A stretch of DNA of 64,000 nucleotides from Oscillospiraceae bacterium. GTDB lineage: Bacteria; Bacillota; Clostridia; Oscillospirales; JAAYXM01. The translations under genes were made by a program, and so were the position numbers. The stretch's first letter is position 1. Each line of letters opens with the position of its first letter. The stretch lies in NCBI GenBank assembly GCA_017435965.1, contig JAFSEA010000046.1, positions 2,974 through 66,973 on the forward strand. Direction: 5' to 3'. The notes below the pieces were generated by a model. The model ran no database searches and was not told the origin of the DNA. It saw only the letters and a program-made list of their open reading frames with translations. Positions 35,848 through 44,347 of this stretch are shown here, piece after piece.

Positions 35848-35916
35848 TTAAACATAGTTGTTCGGGGAAAAGTTTGTAGTATTCACAAAACTGATTTCAT
35901 ACAAAAATGAGGATTG

Positions 35917-37707
35917 ATGATGAAGCTGAGATATAAAATATACAAAGAAAAAGTATACGGATGCTTTACCGGCAAAAGCGTAGGTGGTACATTGGGGATG
36001 CCGTTTGAAGGACAATTGGACGTAGACTCGGTTACATATTATGATCCTGTACCAACCGAAATGGTGCCTAACGACGACTTGGATTTGCAGGTGGTCAATC
36101 TTGAAACGCTTCTTCGCACAGGTTTTCCGGTTTCCCGTCATCATATCGGCGAAATCTGGTTGCACCATATGGAAGATAATGCCCCTGATGAATATAGTGT
36201 CGGCATAGCAAACCATAAGCTCGGCATCAGAGGACCGCTTTCGGGGCAGTATCGCAATAAGTTCCACAGCGGTATGGGTGCCGCGATTCGCAGTGAACTT
36301 TGGGCGTGTGTTGCTCCTGCGAATCCAAAACTTGCAGCACTTCTCGCAAGAGAAGATGCCTGCACTGATCACACAGGTGACGGCATATATACGGAAATGT
36401 TTCTCGCTGCTGTTGAAAGTCAGGCATTTATAGAGAACGATTTGGAAAAACTCATCCAAACGGGACTTGAGTTTGTGGACAAAGAAAGCAAGCTTTATAA
36501 AGTCTTTGGAGATGTTATTCGTTTGTATAAAGAAACGAAGGATGTCTATGCAGTAAAAGAGTATATATTGAGACAATATCCTTGTGATAACTGGACAGAT
36601 GTAACGATAAATGTTTCGTTTATTCTTTTGGCATTAATAGCTTCCGATGGCGACTTCGACAAAGCAATTTGCACAGCTACTTCATTGGGATATGATGCTG
36701 ATTGTACTGCCGCTACAGTCGGTGCAATTTTTGGAATTATGAAACCTGACAGTATTGACGAAAAGTGGACAAATCCGATAGGCGATGCTTTGGTTCTTTC
36801 GCCTTGCATTGTTAATATGCATAGCTTTGATACAATAAGTGAGTTTTGCGAAGTGGTAATGTCTGTTGCGAATTATGCACAAGAGTATTATCAAACAGGA
36901 ATACAGTTTGAAGGCGCTGACGGTTTTGCTGATATACGTCTTGCAGATAGCTGGACGGATGATTACAAAAGTCTTTATGATTGGAAAATCGGAGCAAAGG
37001 AATCCCTCCTGACGGGCTTGCCTTGCCTGATGAGCTTGGTCTATCCGGAAGAGGTTGCTGCCGAACCGGGTAAAAGTAAGGAATACACCTTGAAATTATG
37101 CGCAGATAAAGACATATCGGGTTCTGTTAAATTGTTTGTGCCGGAAAAGTGGCAGGTATCTTCGGAAACGTTCTCGTTCAATCTTTCAAAAGGTGAAACA
37201 AAAGAAATTTCGTTCTTTGTTAAACCTGATGCAGAACAAGGGTTGAGATGTCAGAAAAATATTTTAACGATGCGTTTTTGCATAAATGGTGTTACTTTTG
37301 TGCAAGAGGCAGGACTTCCTGTTTCAACTCCGTGGATGGTTACTGCTGCCGATGGCAGAGAGTACGTATATGAAGCAACGTCCATTTACTTCCCGGTTCC
37401 GTCGGGTGAGTACAGATATAAAACGCGCGTAAACTCACCGATACAAAAAAATGTTCGTATGGCATGCAACGGAACAAGACCGTTTATCGTTAAATTGAAT
37501 GGTGAAACAGTGTATGAAGGCGATGGTTCTTTCTATGTACCTGCATTTCATCGCGGAGATACCTGGACAAACGTTGTGTTGAATACCGGAGCATCAAATG
37601 AGATAGAAGTTGTTTTCCCTGAATATAAAGAGGGCGAGTTCTTCTTTGGTTTCGGAACAACCTTCGGATGTGCAACATGGTTAGATACGATTGAAAGAAC
37701 GCTCTGA
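35917..37707 (+). CDS. ADP-ribosylglycohydrolase (ARH) family protein with ~250-aa C-terminal extension
   Basis: ARH motifs are present: GCFTGKSVGGTLGMPFEG, NDDLDLQ and LGYDADCTAATVGAIFG. The extra C-terminal region after about aa 340 looks beta-rich. Start is ambiguous among TTG 35914, ATG 35917 and ATG 35920. Confidence 0.75.
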   Translation: MMKLRYKIYKEKVYGCFTGKSVGGTLGMPFEGQLDVDSVTYYDPVPTEMVPNDDLDLQVVNLETLLRTGFPVSRHHIGEIWLHHMEDNAPDEYSVGIANHKLGIRGPLSGQYRNKFHSGMGAAIRSELWACVAPANPKLAALLAREDACTDHTGDGIYTEMFLAAVESQAFIENDLEKLIQTGLEFVDKESKLYKVFGDVIRLYKETKDVYAVKEYILRQYPCDNWTDVTINVSFILLALIASDGDFDKAICTATSLGYDADCTAATVGAIFGIMKPDSIDEKWTNPIGDALVLSPCIVNMHSFDTISEFCEVVMSVANYAQEYYQTGIQFEGADGFADIRLADSWTDDYKSLYDWKIGAKESLLTGLPCLMSLVYPEEVAAEPGKSKEYTLKLCADKDISGSVKLFVPEKWQVSSETFSFNLSKGETKEISFFVKPDAEQGLRCQKNILTMRFCINGVTFVQEAGLPVSTPWMVTAADGREYVYEATSIYFPVPSGEYRYKTRVNSPIQKNVRMACNGTRPFIVKLNGETVYEGDGSFYVPAFHRGDTWTNVVLNTGASNEIEVVFPEYKEGEFFFGFGTTFGCATWLDTIERTL

Positions 37708-37779
37708 TAAAACAGATAATGAAAAGTTAAAATGCAATCCGACAGATGATTTTTACAAAACAAAATAAGGAGGAAAATC

Positions 37780-38673
37780 ATGGAAACAAGATGGTTACAT
37801 ACAACAAGTGAAGATTTTAAAAAGCTCCGTGAAGAATCGGAAAGAGTGTGCGTTATTCCTATGGGATGCCTTGAAAAACATTCCGTTTATCTTCCTCTGG
37901 GCACCGATGTTATCATAGCAAATAATATGGCATATGATGCATCTCAGCTTGAAACAGTATGTGTTTTCCCTGATTTCGCATTCGGTGATGTTCCCTGCGG
38001 TGACCATGCGGCTCGCCCTGACGGAACAATCGCCCTTGATGTTCGCATACAGATGCTTTTGCTGGAGAATCTTTGTGGCGAGATTTCCGCAAACGGCTTT
38101 AATAAAATTCTCGTTGTAAATGGTCACGGCGGAAACCTTCCGTGGCTCCAGACCTTTGCAAGAAATCTCGGTTGCAAGCCTCATAAATATGTTTTTGCAT
38201 ATGTGGATGTTCCCGATACAGTTCCGCATCAGATGGCAGAGTTCCTCCTTGAAAAAGGAAGCGGTTCTATTCCGGAGCTTACGGCGGAGGATGAAGAGCT
38301 TATAATCAAATACTACAAGGCTGATATGCAGCTTGGCCACGCCTGCATGCAGGAGGCGGCATACACTATGGAATATGCCCCCGAAAGCGTACATCTTGAC
38401 CGCCTTGGAAGAGAAGACGGCTCTCCGAGAGACCTACCCGAGCTTCAGAAGCTTCTTGACCTTAAAGTGCGCCTTTCCATGGGCGGTTGGGATCATTTAT
38501 ACCCCGACTGGTATGCAGGGGATGACCCATATGGACTCAATGAGCGTATAGCACGCGCCGCAACAAGAATTGCCACGGAAAAGCTTGCAGAGGTCTATAA
38601 GGCATTTAAGGAAGATAAGTTCCTTCTCGGACGTGCAAAAGAAAACTACAAGGACAAAACTTGGTTTGAATAA
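37780..38673 (+). CDS. Creatininase-family amidohydrolase
   Basis: RBS AAGGAGG. Family signature IPMGCLEKHSVYLPLGTDVIIA ... DGTIAL ... ILVVNGHGGN. Confidence 0.8.
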   Translation: METRWLHTTSEDFKKLREESERVCVIPMGCLEKHSVYLPLGTDVIIANNMAYDASQLETVCVFPDFAFGDVPCGDHAARPDGTIALDVRIQMLLLENLCGEISANGFNKILVVNGHGGNLPWLQTFARNLGCKPHKYVFAYVDVPDTVPHQMAEFLLEKGSGSIPELTAEDEELIIKYYKADMQLGHACMQEAAYTMEYAPESVHLDRLGREDGSPRDLPELQKLLDLKVRLSMGGWDHLYPDWYAGDDPYGLNERIARAATRIATEKLAEVYKAFKEDKFLLGRAKENYKDKTWFE

Positions 38674-38697
38674 GGAAACACAAAGGGAGAATTTTCT

Positions 38698-40032
38698 ATG
38701 AAAACAGGTTTTTCAAAAGTTTGCATCAATCCGCCTTACGGTGCGCCGATGGTGGGTTATTATGAAGCTCGTTTTGTTAAGGGAATTGAGCAGAATCTTT
38801 ATGCAAGGGCTGTTGCGTTTGATGACGGATGCAAAAAGGCTGTTGTTATTGCCGTTGATGTTATCGGCCTTACCTTGGATTTCTGCAATATGGCAAAAGA
38901 TGCTATTGCCGCTTCAACGGGAATTGAGAAAGATGCAATTTTTATAAACTTCTCACATACACACACAGGCCCTCTTGTGGGAGAAGACTTCGCCTCGGAA
39001 ACAAAAAGCTCCGATGCCTATAATGATTTTCTCATCACAGGTATCCGTGATGCGGCAATATATGCACTTGACGATCTTTGTGAGTCGAGATTTGAGGTAG
39101 GGGATGCCGAGGCAAAGAACATCTCATTTATCCGCCGTTACAGAATGAAAGACGGCGGAGTTGTGACAAACCCCGGTGCTTATAACGAGAATATTGACCA
39201 TCCGCTGGGGACTCCCGATGAAACCGTGAAGCTCGTTAAAATAGTGAGAGACGGTAGCGACGATATATTCATAATCAATTTCGGAACACACGCCGATGCG
39301 GTAGGCGGAGAATATATAAACTCGGATTATATGGGATATGCGTGTTCCACCCTTGAAAAGGCAATCCCCGGAATAAATTGCATTTTCCTTCTCGGTCCTC
39401 AGGGAGATGTCAATCACATCAACATCAACCCAACAAAAGGCGAATGGAATATTCTCGAGGATAAAGAAGCCGTGTGTCCACATAGTGTGCGACACTCTCA
39501 GCATATGGGAAGAGTTATTGCAGGTGCAGTCCTTTCGGTATGCTCCGTTACGGAGGAGATAAACGCCGATAGGATTTCGTATGGTGTTAAAGAAGTACAG
39601 CTTCCCTCATACCGGGAAAATGACAAGCTTGATGAAGCAAGAAGAATCTGGACACTCCACGAAAGCGGAAAAGATGACGAGCTTCCATACAAAGGAATGG
39701 AGCTCACAACGGTTATTGCGGAAGCAAAGCGAATTGTCGGGCTTGAAAACGGTCCGGAATCTTTCCCGTTCCTTATTTCGGCGTTAAGAATAGGCGAGCT
39801 TGTTTTTGCCGGAATCGGCGGTGAGCCGTTTACGGAAATAGGTGTAAGGATATCGGATGCATCGCCCTTTAAAAACACAATAGTATGTTGCCTTACAAAC
39901 AATAGTGGAAGCTATATTCCAACAAAAAGCGCATACGATGAAGGTGGATATGAGGCAAGAGCCTCTGTTCTTATGCCCGGCGGTGATGATATCATCGTTG
40001 AAGGTGTGGTCGAGCTTTTAAAAACACTTTAG
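38698..40032 (+). CDS. Neutral/alkaline ceramidase-N-terminal-like hydrolase, copy 1
   Basis: The N-terminus KTGFSKVCINPPYGAPMVGYY...LYARAVAFDDG matches the ceramidase_alk-type lead motif. Paralog of 42047-43378. No signal peptide. Confidence 0.65.
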   Translation: MKTGFSKVCINPPYGAPMVGYYEARFVKGIEQNLYARAVAFDDGCKKAVVIAVDVIGLTLDFCNMAKDAIAASTGIEKDAIFINFSHTHTGPLVGEDFASETKSSDAYNDFLITGIRDAAIYALDDLCESRFEVGDAEAKNISFIRRYRMKDGGVVTNPGAYNENIDHPLGTPDETVKLVKIVRDGSDDIFIINFGTHADAVGGEYINSDYMGYACSTLEKAIPGINCIFLLGPQGDVNHININPTKGEWNILEDKEAVCPHSVRHSQHMGRVIAGAVLSVCSVTEEINADRISYGVKEVQLPSYRENDKLDEARRIWTLHESGKDDELPYKGMELTTVIAEAKRIVGLENGPESFPFLISALRIGELVFAGIGGEPFTEIGVRISDASPFKNTIVCCLTNNSGSYIPTKSAYDEGGYEARASVLMPGGDDIIVEGVVELLKTL

Positions 40033-40046
40033 TTATAAAACCGAAT

Positions 40047-40089
40047 AACAAACGCCTTGTGAATTGACACAAGGCGTTTGTTATTTTTT
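40047..40089. terminator. Bidirectional rho-independent terminator between convergent operons
   Basis: Perfect 15-bp stem AACAAACGCCTTGTG / CACAAGGCGTTTGTT with a 6-nt loop, followed by ATTTTTT. Overlaps the stop of the minus-strand gene. Confidence 0.85.
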
Positions 40090-42031
40090 AGAGAATTACA
40101 ACTGTTTTCTTATCGGCAGGGCCGCTTATTTTGTCTGCAATACTTACGCAGGCAAGATAAAGGTCAAAATAACGCTCAATATAAATCTCGTATTCGGAAA
40201 ATTTGTGGAGAAGGCGTTTCATAGTTGCTGATGCCATAGAATTGTTGCCCAAAGCCAGATAGCTTATGAACTCTGCCATTCCCGAAATCCATTCTGTGTG
40301 GTATTCGATGATTTTCCAGGAAACCGCACGGGCACGGATGGGATTGTTTTTCTCACTTGAAACAAGTGGTGCGAAGTCTTTGAGAAGCTCTGCAACCTTC
40401 TCTTTGCAATCGCTCATTTCAAGATTATAGTGCTTGCCCTTTTCGGGATTTTGTGACTTAAAGCCTGAAATATATTCAAAGTCAAAAATATCACGGACAC
40501 GCTCAAGATATCCAACAACCTCACGCCACTTATCGCCAAAGGCGTGGGAGAAATAGTCCTCAACAAGTTCATCGAAGCTTCTGCTTTTGTCGTAAAGTGC
40601 TTCGGCATATACAAAAAAGGCAAAGCCCGTGGGGAAAAAGCTTCTCTGTGAGCCGTCCTCAATTATTCCCGAAAGACCTCTTGAATGAAGGGCGTGGATA
40701 TCATCATATAAAAGCTTTCCGAGATACATACCACTCTGGTCTATATACTGCTGCATCCAGAAATGATATTCGTAGCAGAAACAGTCACCCTTCCAATGTT
40801 CCTGCCATCGGCTTAAGTATCCGAGGCATTCTGACATACCCTCGGGAGGTGTGTTTTTGTTGAGACTGAAGGGTTTTGTCGATGCAACATCGGGCGTTTC
40901 TCCGTAGGTTTCGGTATAGAGACGGAAAATCGGGGCATAGAGCATTGTGAAACGCTTTGTGTTGTTAAGCTTTTCTTCAACAGGAGCCCAAAATGTTTCC
41001 GTGTATACGATAAACACAAGGTGGGTATCAAGCCCTCTGCGCTCAAGCTCTGCATCAATATCGTTGAGAAGCATTACATACCAGTCGGAGGGAGTTTTCT
41101 TCCGACATTCACTACATTCACAATGGTTGTTTATGTTGTCGGCGAGCCATATATGAAGAAAATCAACGTTGTTCTGGGTTTCTGCATAGTCGGCAACGTA
41201 GTTTGCCACTACCCGACGTGCCTTGGGATTTGACATACATATGTTTGTGTCGGAGGGGCGGCAGAAAACGCCACGCTTTCCGTTGACTTCGGCAAGAAGC
41301 ATAAGAGTATCTTCGGGAATGTTTTCCTGAACACCACGGAGGCTTCCGTCAAGTCCGAAGGGAAGGCAGGTCCAGCCGTGACCCATATCGTGAAAGTGAA
41401 GTCCGCGCTTTTCAATTTCCACCTCGCATTGTCTCTTCCATTGGAGAATTGTTTCACGGGTTACGGGCTCAGGCTCACGGAAGGTGTTGTGGACATGGTT
41501 ATAATACTGGTCGTAGTAATAGGTGGGGATATCAAATTCCAGCATAAATGTGTTAAGTCCTATTTTCGGAGTGAAGTCAATGGCTTCAAGCATATTGCTC
41601 TGGAATTCCGAGCCCTCGTTGCATTGACCACGATAGCGATGGTCAGCAAGATGACGATAATCAACGGGAGGGAGATTCTCAAGAAGCGGAATGTGCTCAC
41701 CGTCAACTCCGGGGAAAAGCCAACGACAACCGCACTCACGGAGATAGCGATAGACGGCGATAAGAAGTGCGCCATAGTTTGTGCCGGCAATGATTCCGCC
41801 TTTTTCGGTTGTCTTTATATAGATGATATCATCAAGTGCAGGTATCTTTGCATCTGAAATATCAAGTCCGAAGTCCTGCATAAGACCGAGTTTGAAGCCA
41901 TCCGTTTCATCGGCAGATGCATTTATCGGAATATTGCCTCCCCTCGGAAGCATCATACGAAGATATTTTTTAAGCTCCTCTGCCGCAAAAATTGCGGTGG
42001 GGTGTGCTGTGAGAGTTGAGATTGAATACAT
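40088..42031 (-). CDS. DUF4838-like putative glycoside-hydrolase-related protein, copy 2
   Basis: N-terminus FAAEELKKYLRMM; conserved block LHIWLADNINNHCECSECRKKTPSDWYVMLLNDID. Same length class as copy 1 (647 vs 643 aa). Confidence 0.55.
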   Translation of the reverse strand: MYSISTLTAHPTAIFAAEELKKYLRMMLPRGGNIPINASADETDGFKLGLMQDFGLDISDAKIPALDDIIYIKTTEKGGIIAGTNYGALLIAVYRYLRECGCRWLFPGVDGEHIPLLENLPPVDYRHLADHRYRGQCNEGSEFQSNMLEAIDFTPKIGLNTFMLEFDIPTYYYDQYYNHVHNTFREPEPVTRETILQWKRQCEVEIEKRGLHFHDMGHGWTCLPFGLDGSLRGVQENIPEDTLMLLAEVNGKRGVFCRPSDTNICMSNPKARRVVANYVADYAETQNNVDFLHIWLADNINNHCECSECRKKTPSDWYVMLLNDIDAELERRGLDTHLVFIVYTETFWAPVEEKLNNTKRFTMLYAPIFRLYTETYGETPDVASTKPFSLNKNTPPEGMSECLGYLSRWQEHWKGDCFCYEYHFWMQQYIDQSGMYLGKLLYDDIHALHSRGLSGIIEDGSQRSFFPTGFAFFVYAEALYDKSRSFDELVEDYFSHAFGDKWREVVGYLERVRDIFDFEYISGFKSQNPEKGKHYNLEMSDCKEKVAELLKDFAPLVSSEKNNPIRARAVSWKIIEYHTEWISGMAEFISYLALGNNSMASATMKRLLHKFSEYEIYIERYFDLYLACVSIADKISGPADKKTVVIL

Positions 42032-42046
42032 AATTTTACCTCCGTT

Positions 42047-43378
42047 TTATTCTTGTGCGAAAAAGAGATTATCAAGAACTTCTTTTCCTGTTTCCGTCAG
42101 TTTTTTTGCAGTCCCCTCTTTGTAACGTGCGCTTAAAACTTCATAGCCGCCGTCGGCATAGGTAGAGTCATTTGGGAAATATCCTTCATATCCGTTTGCA
42201 CAACAGGAAATGAAGGTCATTTTAAACTTTGAACTTTCCTTTATTCTGCGTCCGATATCGGTAAAGGGTTCGCCCGGCAGACCGAGAATTGCAAAATCTC
42301 CGATTGAGAGACCCGAAACGTAAAGCTCTTTAAAGTCGGGAGCATTTTCGAGCTTTACCATTCTCGTTGAAACAACAAGATTGAGAATAGGGATGAGATC
42401 GCCTTTCTGCGGAATTTCATCGTCTCTTCCGCTTTCGTGAAGGTCTACTATAACACGGGCTTCACGAAGCTCTTCTTCCGTTGCCTTGTTGTGGGGGACA
42501 TTTGTGTTTTTCTGATATGCACGGATGGGAGTAGCTTTTGTTTTCTTTGCCATTGCACGGAGTGACATTGCCGTTCCTGCAATGGTGCGCCCCATATGAC
42601 GGGAAAATTCATAGCCTGCTTTCAGCTCACCGTCGGGAGTTTCAACGTTTATGTGATTTGTATCACCCTGAGCACCGTTTATGTACATACAAAGGGAGTT
42701 TTCAACTGCCGCTTCATACGTTCTGCGCACAAATCCGGGATAGTCTGCGGAAAGCTCAAGACCTCCCACAACATCGGGATGAACCTGGAAGTTTATGATT
42801 GCAATTTCGGGAGCATTTTCACGGACAAAGTTTATGAGTGCAACACGTCTGTCGGCATCACCGTCGGGGAAGGTTTCAACGCTTGTGTCAAACTTTCCCG
42901 TGTTTGCAACGAGCTTTCCATCCTTTGTTTTGCGACGGCGGATAAAGGAAATATCAACGGGAGTTTCCGCTGAATTTGTGTACATCTCGGAAGGCTTCAT
43001 ATCGTCAATCGCCATTTTAGCCAACCCCGAAAGCTTGTCTGTAAGAGACAACATAAGCTCATGATACCTTTCATCGGAAAGATCCGTTACGGGGTATGCA
43101 AGATGAGTGTGGGTGCAGGAGATAAAGACCGCTTCACGGGAAAGCCCATATCGCTTTGCAATTTCATCGCGGACAAGGTCGCAGAACTCCTGCCTGAGAC
43201 CCAAAACATCCGCACTAATTATAACGGCAGTTGTTTTTCCGTCATTTACTGCAACGGCTGTTGCAAGAAGGGGATCGAGTATACCTTCCGAAAGTCTTTC
43301 GTGATAATAGCCGGACATATTATGTCCGATGGGCGGTGTGATGTCAATACGGGCAAATCCTGCTTTTAAATTTTCCAT
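42047..43378 (-). CDS. Neutral/alkaline ceramidase-N-terminal-like hydrolase, copy 2
   Basis: N-terminus KAGFARIDITPPIGHNMSGYYHERLSEGILDPLLATAVAVNDG. 443 aa vs 444 aa for copy 1. Lies 15 nt upstream of DUF4838-like copy 2. Confidence 0.65.
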   Translation of the reverse strand: MENLKAGFARIDITPPIGHNMSGYYHERLSEGILDPLLATAVAVNDGKTTAVIISADVLGLRQEFCDLVRDEIAKRYGLSREAVFISCTHTHLAYPVTDLSDERYHELMLSLTDKLSGLAKMAIDDMKPSEMYTNSAETPVDISFIRRRKTKDGKLVANTGKFDTSVETFPDGDADRRVALINFVRENAPEIAIINFQVHPDVVGGLELSADYPGFVRRTYEAAVENSLCMYINGAQGDTNHINVETPDGELKAGYEFSRHMGRTIAGTAMSLRAMAKKTKATPIRAYQKNTNVPHNKATEEELREARVIVDLHESGRDDEIPQKGDLIPILNLVVSTRMVKLENAPDFKELYVSGLSIGDFAILGLPGEPFTDIGRRIKESSKFKMTFISCCANGYEGYFPNDSTYADGGYEVLSARYKEGTAKKLTETGKEVLDNLFFAQE

Positions 43379-43391
43379 ATGGAGTGCCTCC

Positions 43392-44177
43392 TTATAAATC
43401 CTCTGTTTGTATATTTGCCGCCATTTGGCTCTTTTTATATAAACCGGGAGTTATATTCATATACCTTTTAAACATTTTGTTGAAATAATAAACGTCTGTG
43501 AATCCACAAATTTCCGACACCTGCTCAATGGTATATATCCCCGTGAGAAGAAGATTTGATGCGTGGTCAATCTTTTTGCGGAGGATATACTTTCTCGGAG
43601 TCTCGCCGTAATACTCTTTAAAAAGAGTTGTGAAGCGGCGCTCACTCAGGGAGCACATATCCGCAAGAGCCGAGTTTAAAAGGGTACTTGTGAGATAATT
43701 TGTTTCTATATAGTCAAATGCCTTTTGCAAAACGGAGCTTTTGGGGGAAATATGATGCTCTTTCTTTTGCATACCGTCAACAATGTGAAACACTTCATAA
43801 AGGGCGGATAAACAATAATAGAGGTTTGAAGTCTCGTTGAGGTTGTTGTTTGCAAGAAGCTTCTTGAAAATCGTTCTGATTCTTAGATTGTTTTCGCAAT
43901 CAATCGAAAAACTCTCCATATCCGTATCACCCGTGAAAACAACACAAATGCTTTCTGTGGGTTCTTCGAGAACTACATCATAAGCATCGTTTTTTGACAA
44001 AAACAGAAGTGTGTCTTCCTTGTTGCGGAAAGAGTTGTTCTTTGTTTTATGAATGTTTTTTCCCGAGGTGTGATATGCAAGATAATGGGCACTCCGGGGT
44101 GCAGGAGCGTGCCAGGAAGGTTCATCGCTGTAAAAAAGGTGAATGCTTATGACATTTTCAATATACAGTTTCTCCAT
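43392..44177 (-). CDS. AraC family transcriptional regulator (first gene of the minus-strand operon)
   Basis: C-terminal AraC HTH (LADMCSLSERRFTTLFKEYYGETPRKYILRKKIDHA ... VSEICGFTDVYYFNKMFKRYMNITPGLY). Start chosen at MEKLYIE (GGAG 9 nt upstream). Confidence 0.8.
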   Translation of the reverse strand: MEKLYIENVISIHLFYSDEPSWHAPAPRSAHYLAYHTSGKNIHKTKNNSFRNKEDTLLFLSKNDAYDVVLEEPTESICVVFTGDTDMESFSIDCENNLRIRTIFKKLLANNNLNETSNLYYCLSALYEVFHIVDGMQKKEHHISPKSSVLQKAFDYIETNYLTSTLLNSALADMCSLSERRFTTLFKEYYGETPRKYILRKKIDHASNLLLTGIYTIEQVSEICGFTDVYYFNKMFKRYMNITPGLYKKSQMAANIQTEDL

Positions 44178-44347
44178 AGTCATCATCTCCGTATATAAAG
44201 GTAACACAAAAATACAAACAAAGTCAATGTATAATACGGATTTGCCGGGAATTATATTTCCGTTTTATACAAAAGTGCAATTTCGCACATTGAAATTCAT
44301 TATAAGTAAGTATAGACTTGTAATTAAGTGAGGAGTATTTCGCAAAA

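Noticed and set aside
28731-38394. Other long shadow ORFs (28731-29438, 32756-33532, 35848-36576, 37795-38394)
   Set aside because: All are antisense to genes with clear family signatures (lyase core, TIM barrel/amidohydrolase, ARH, creatininase), and there is no independent support.
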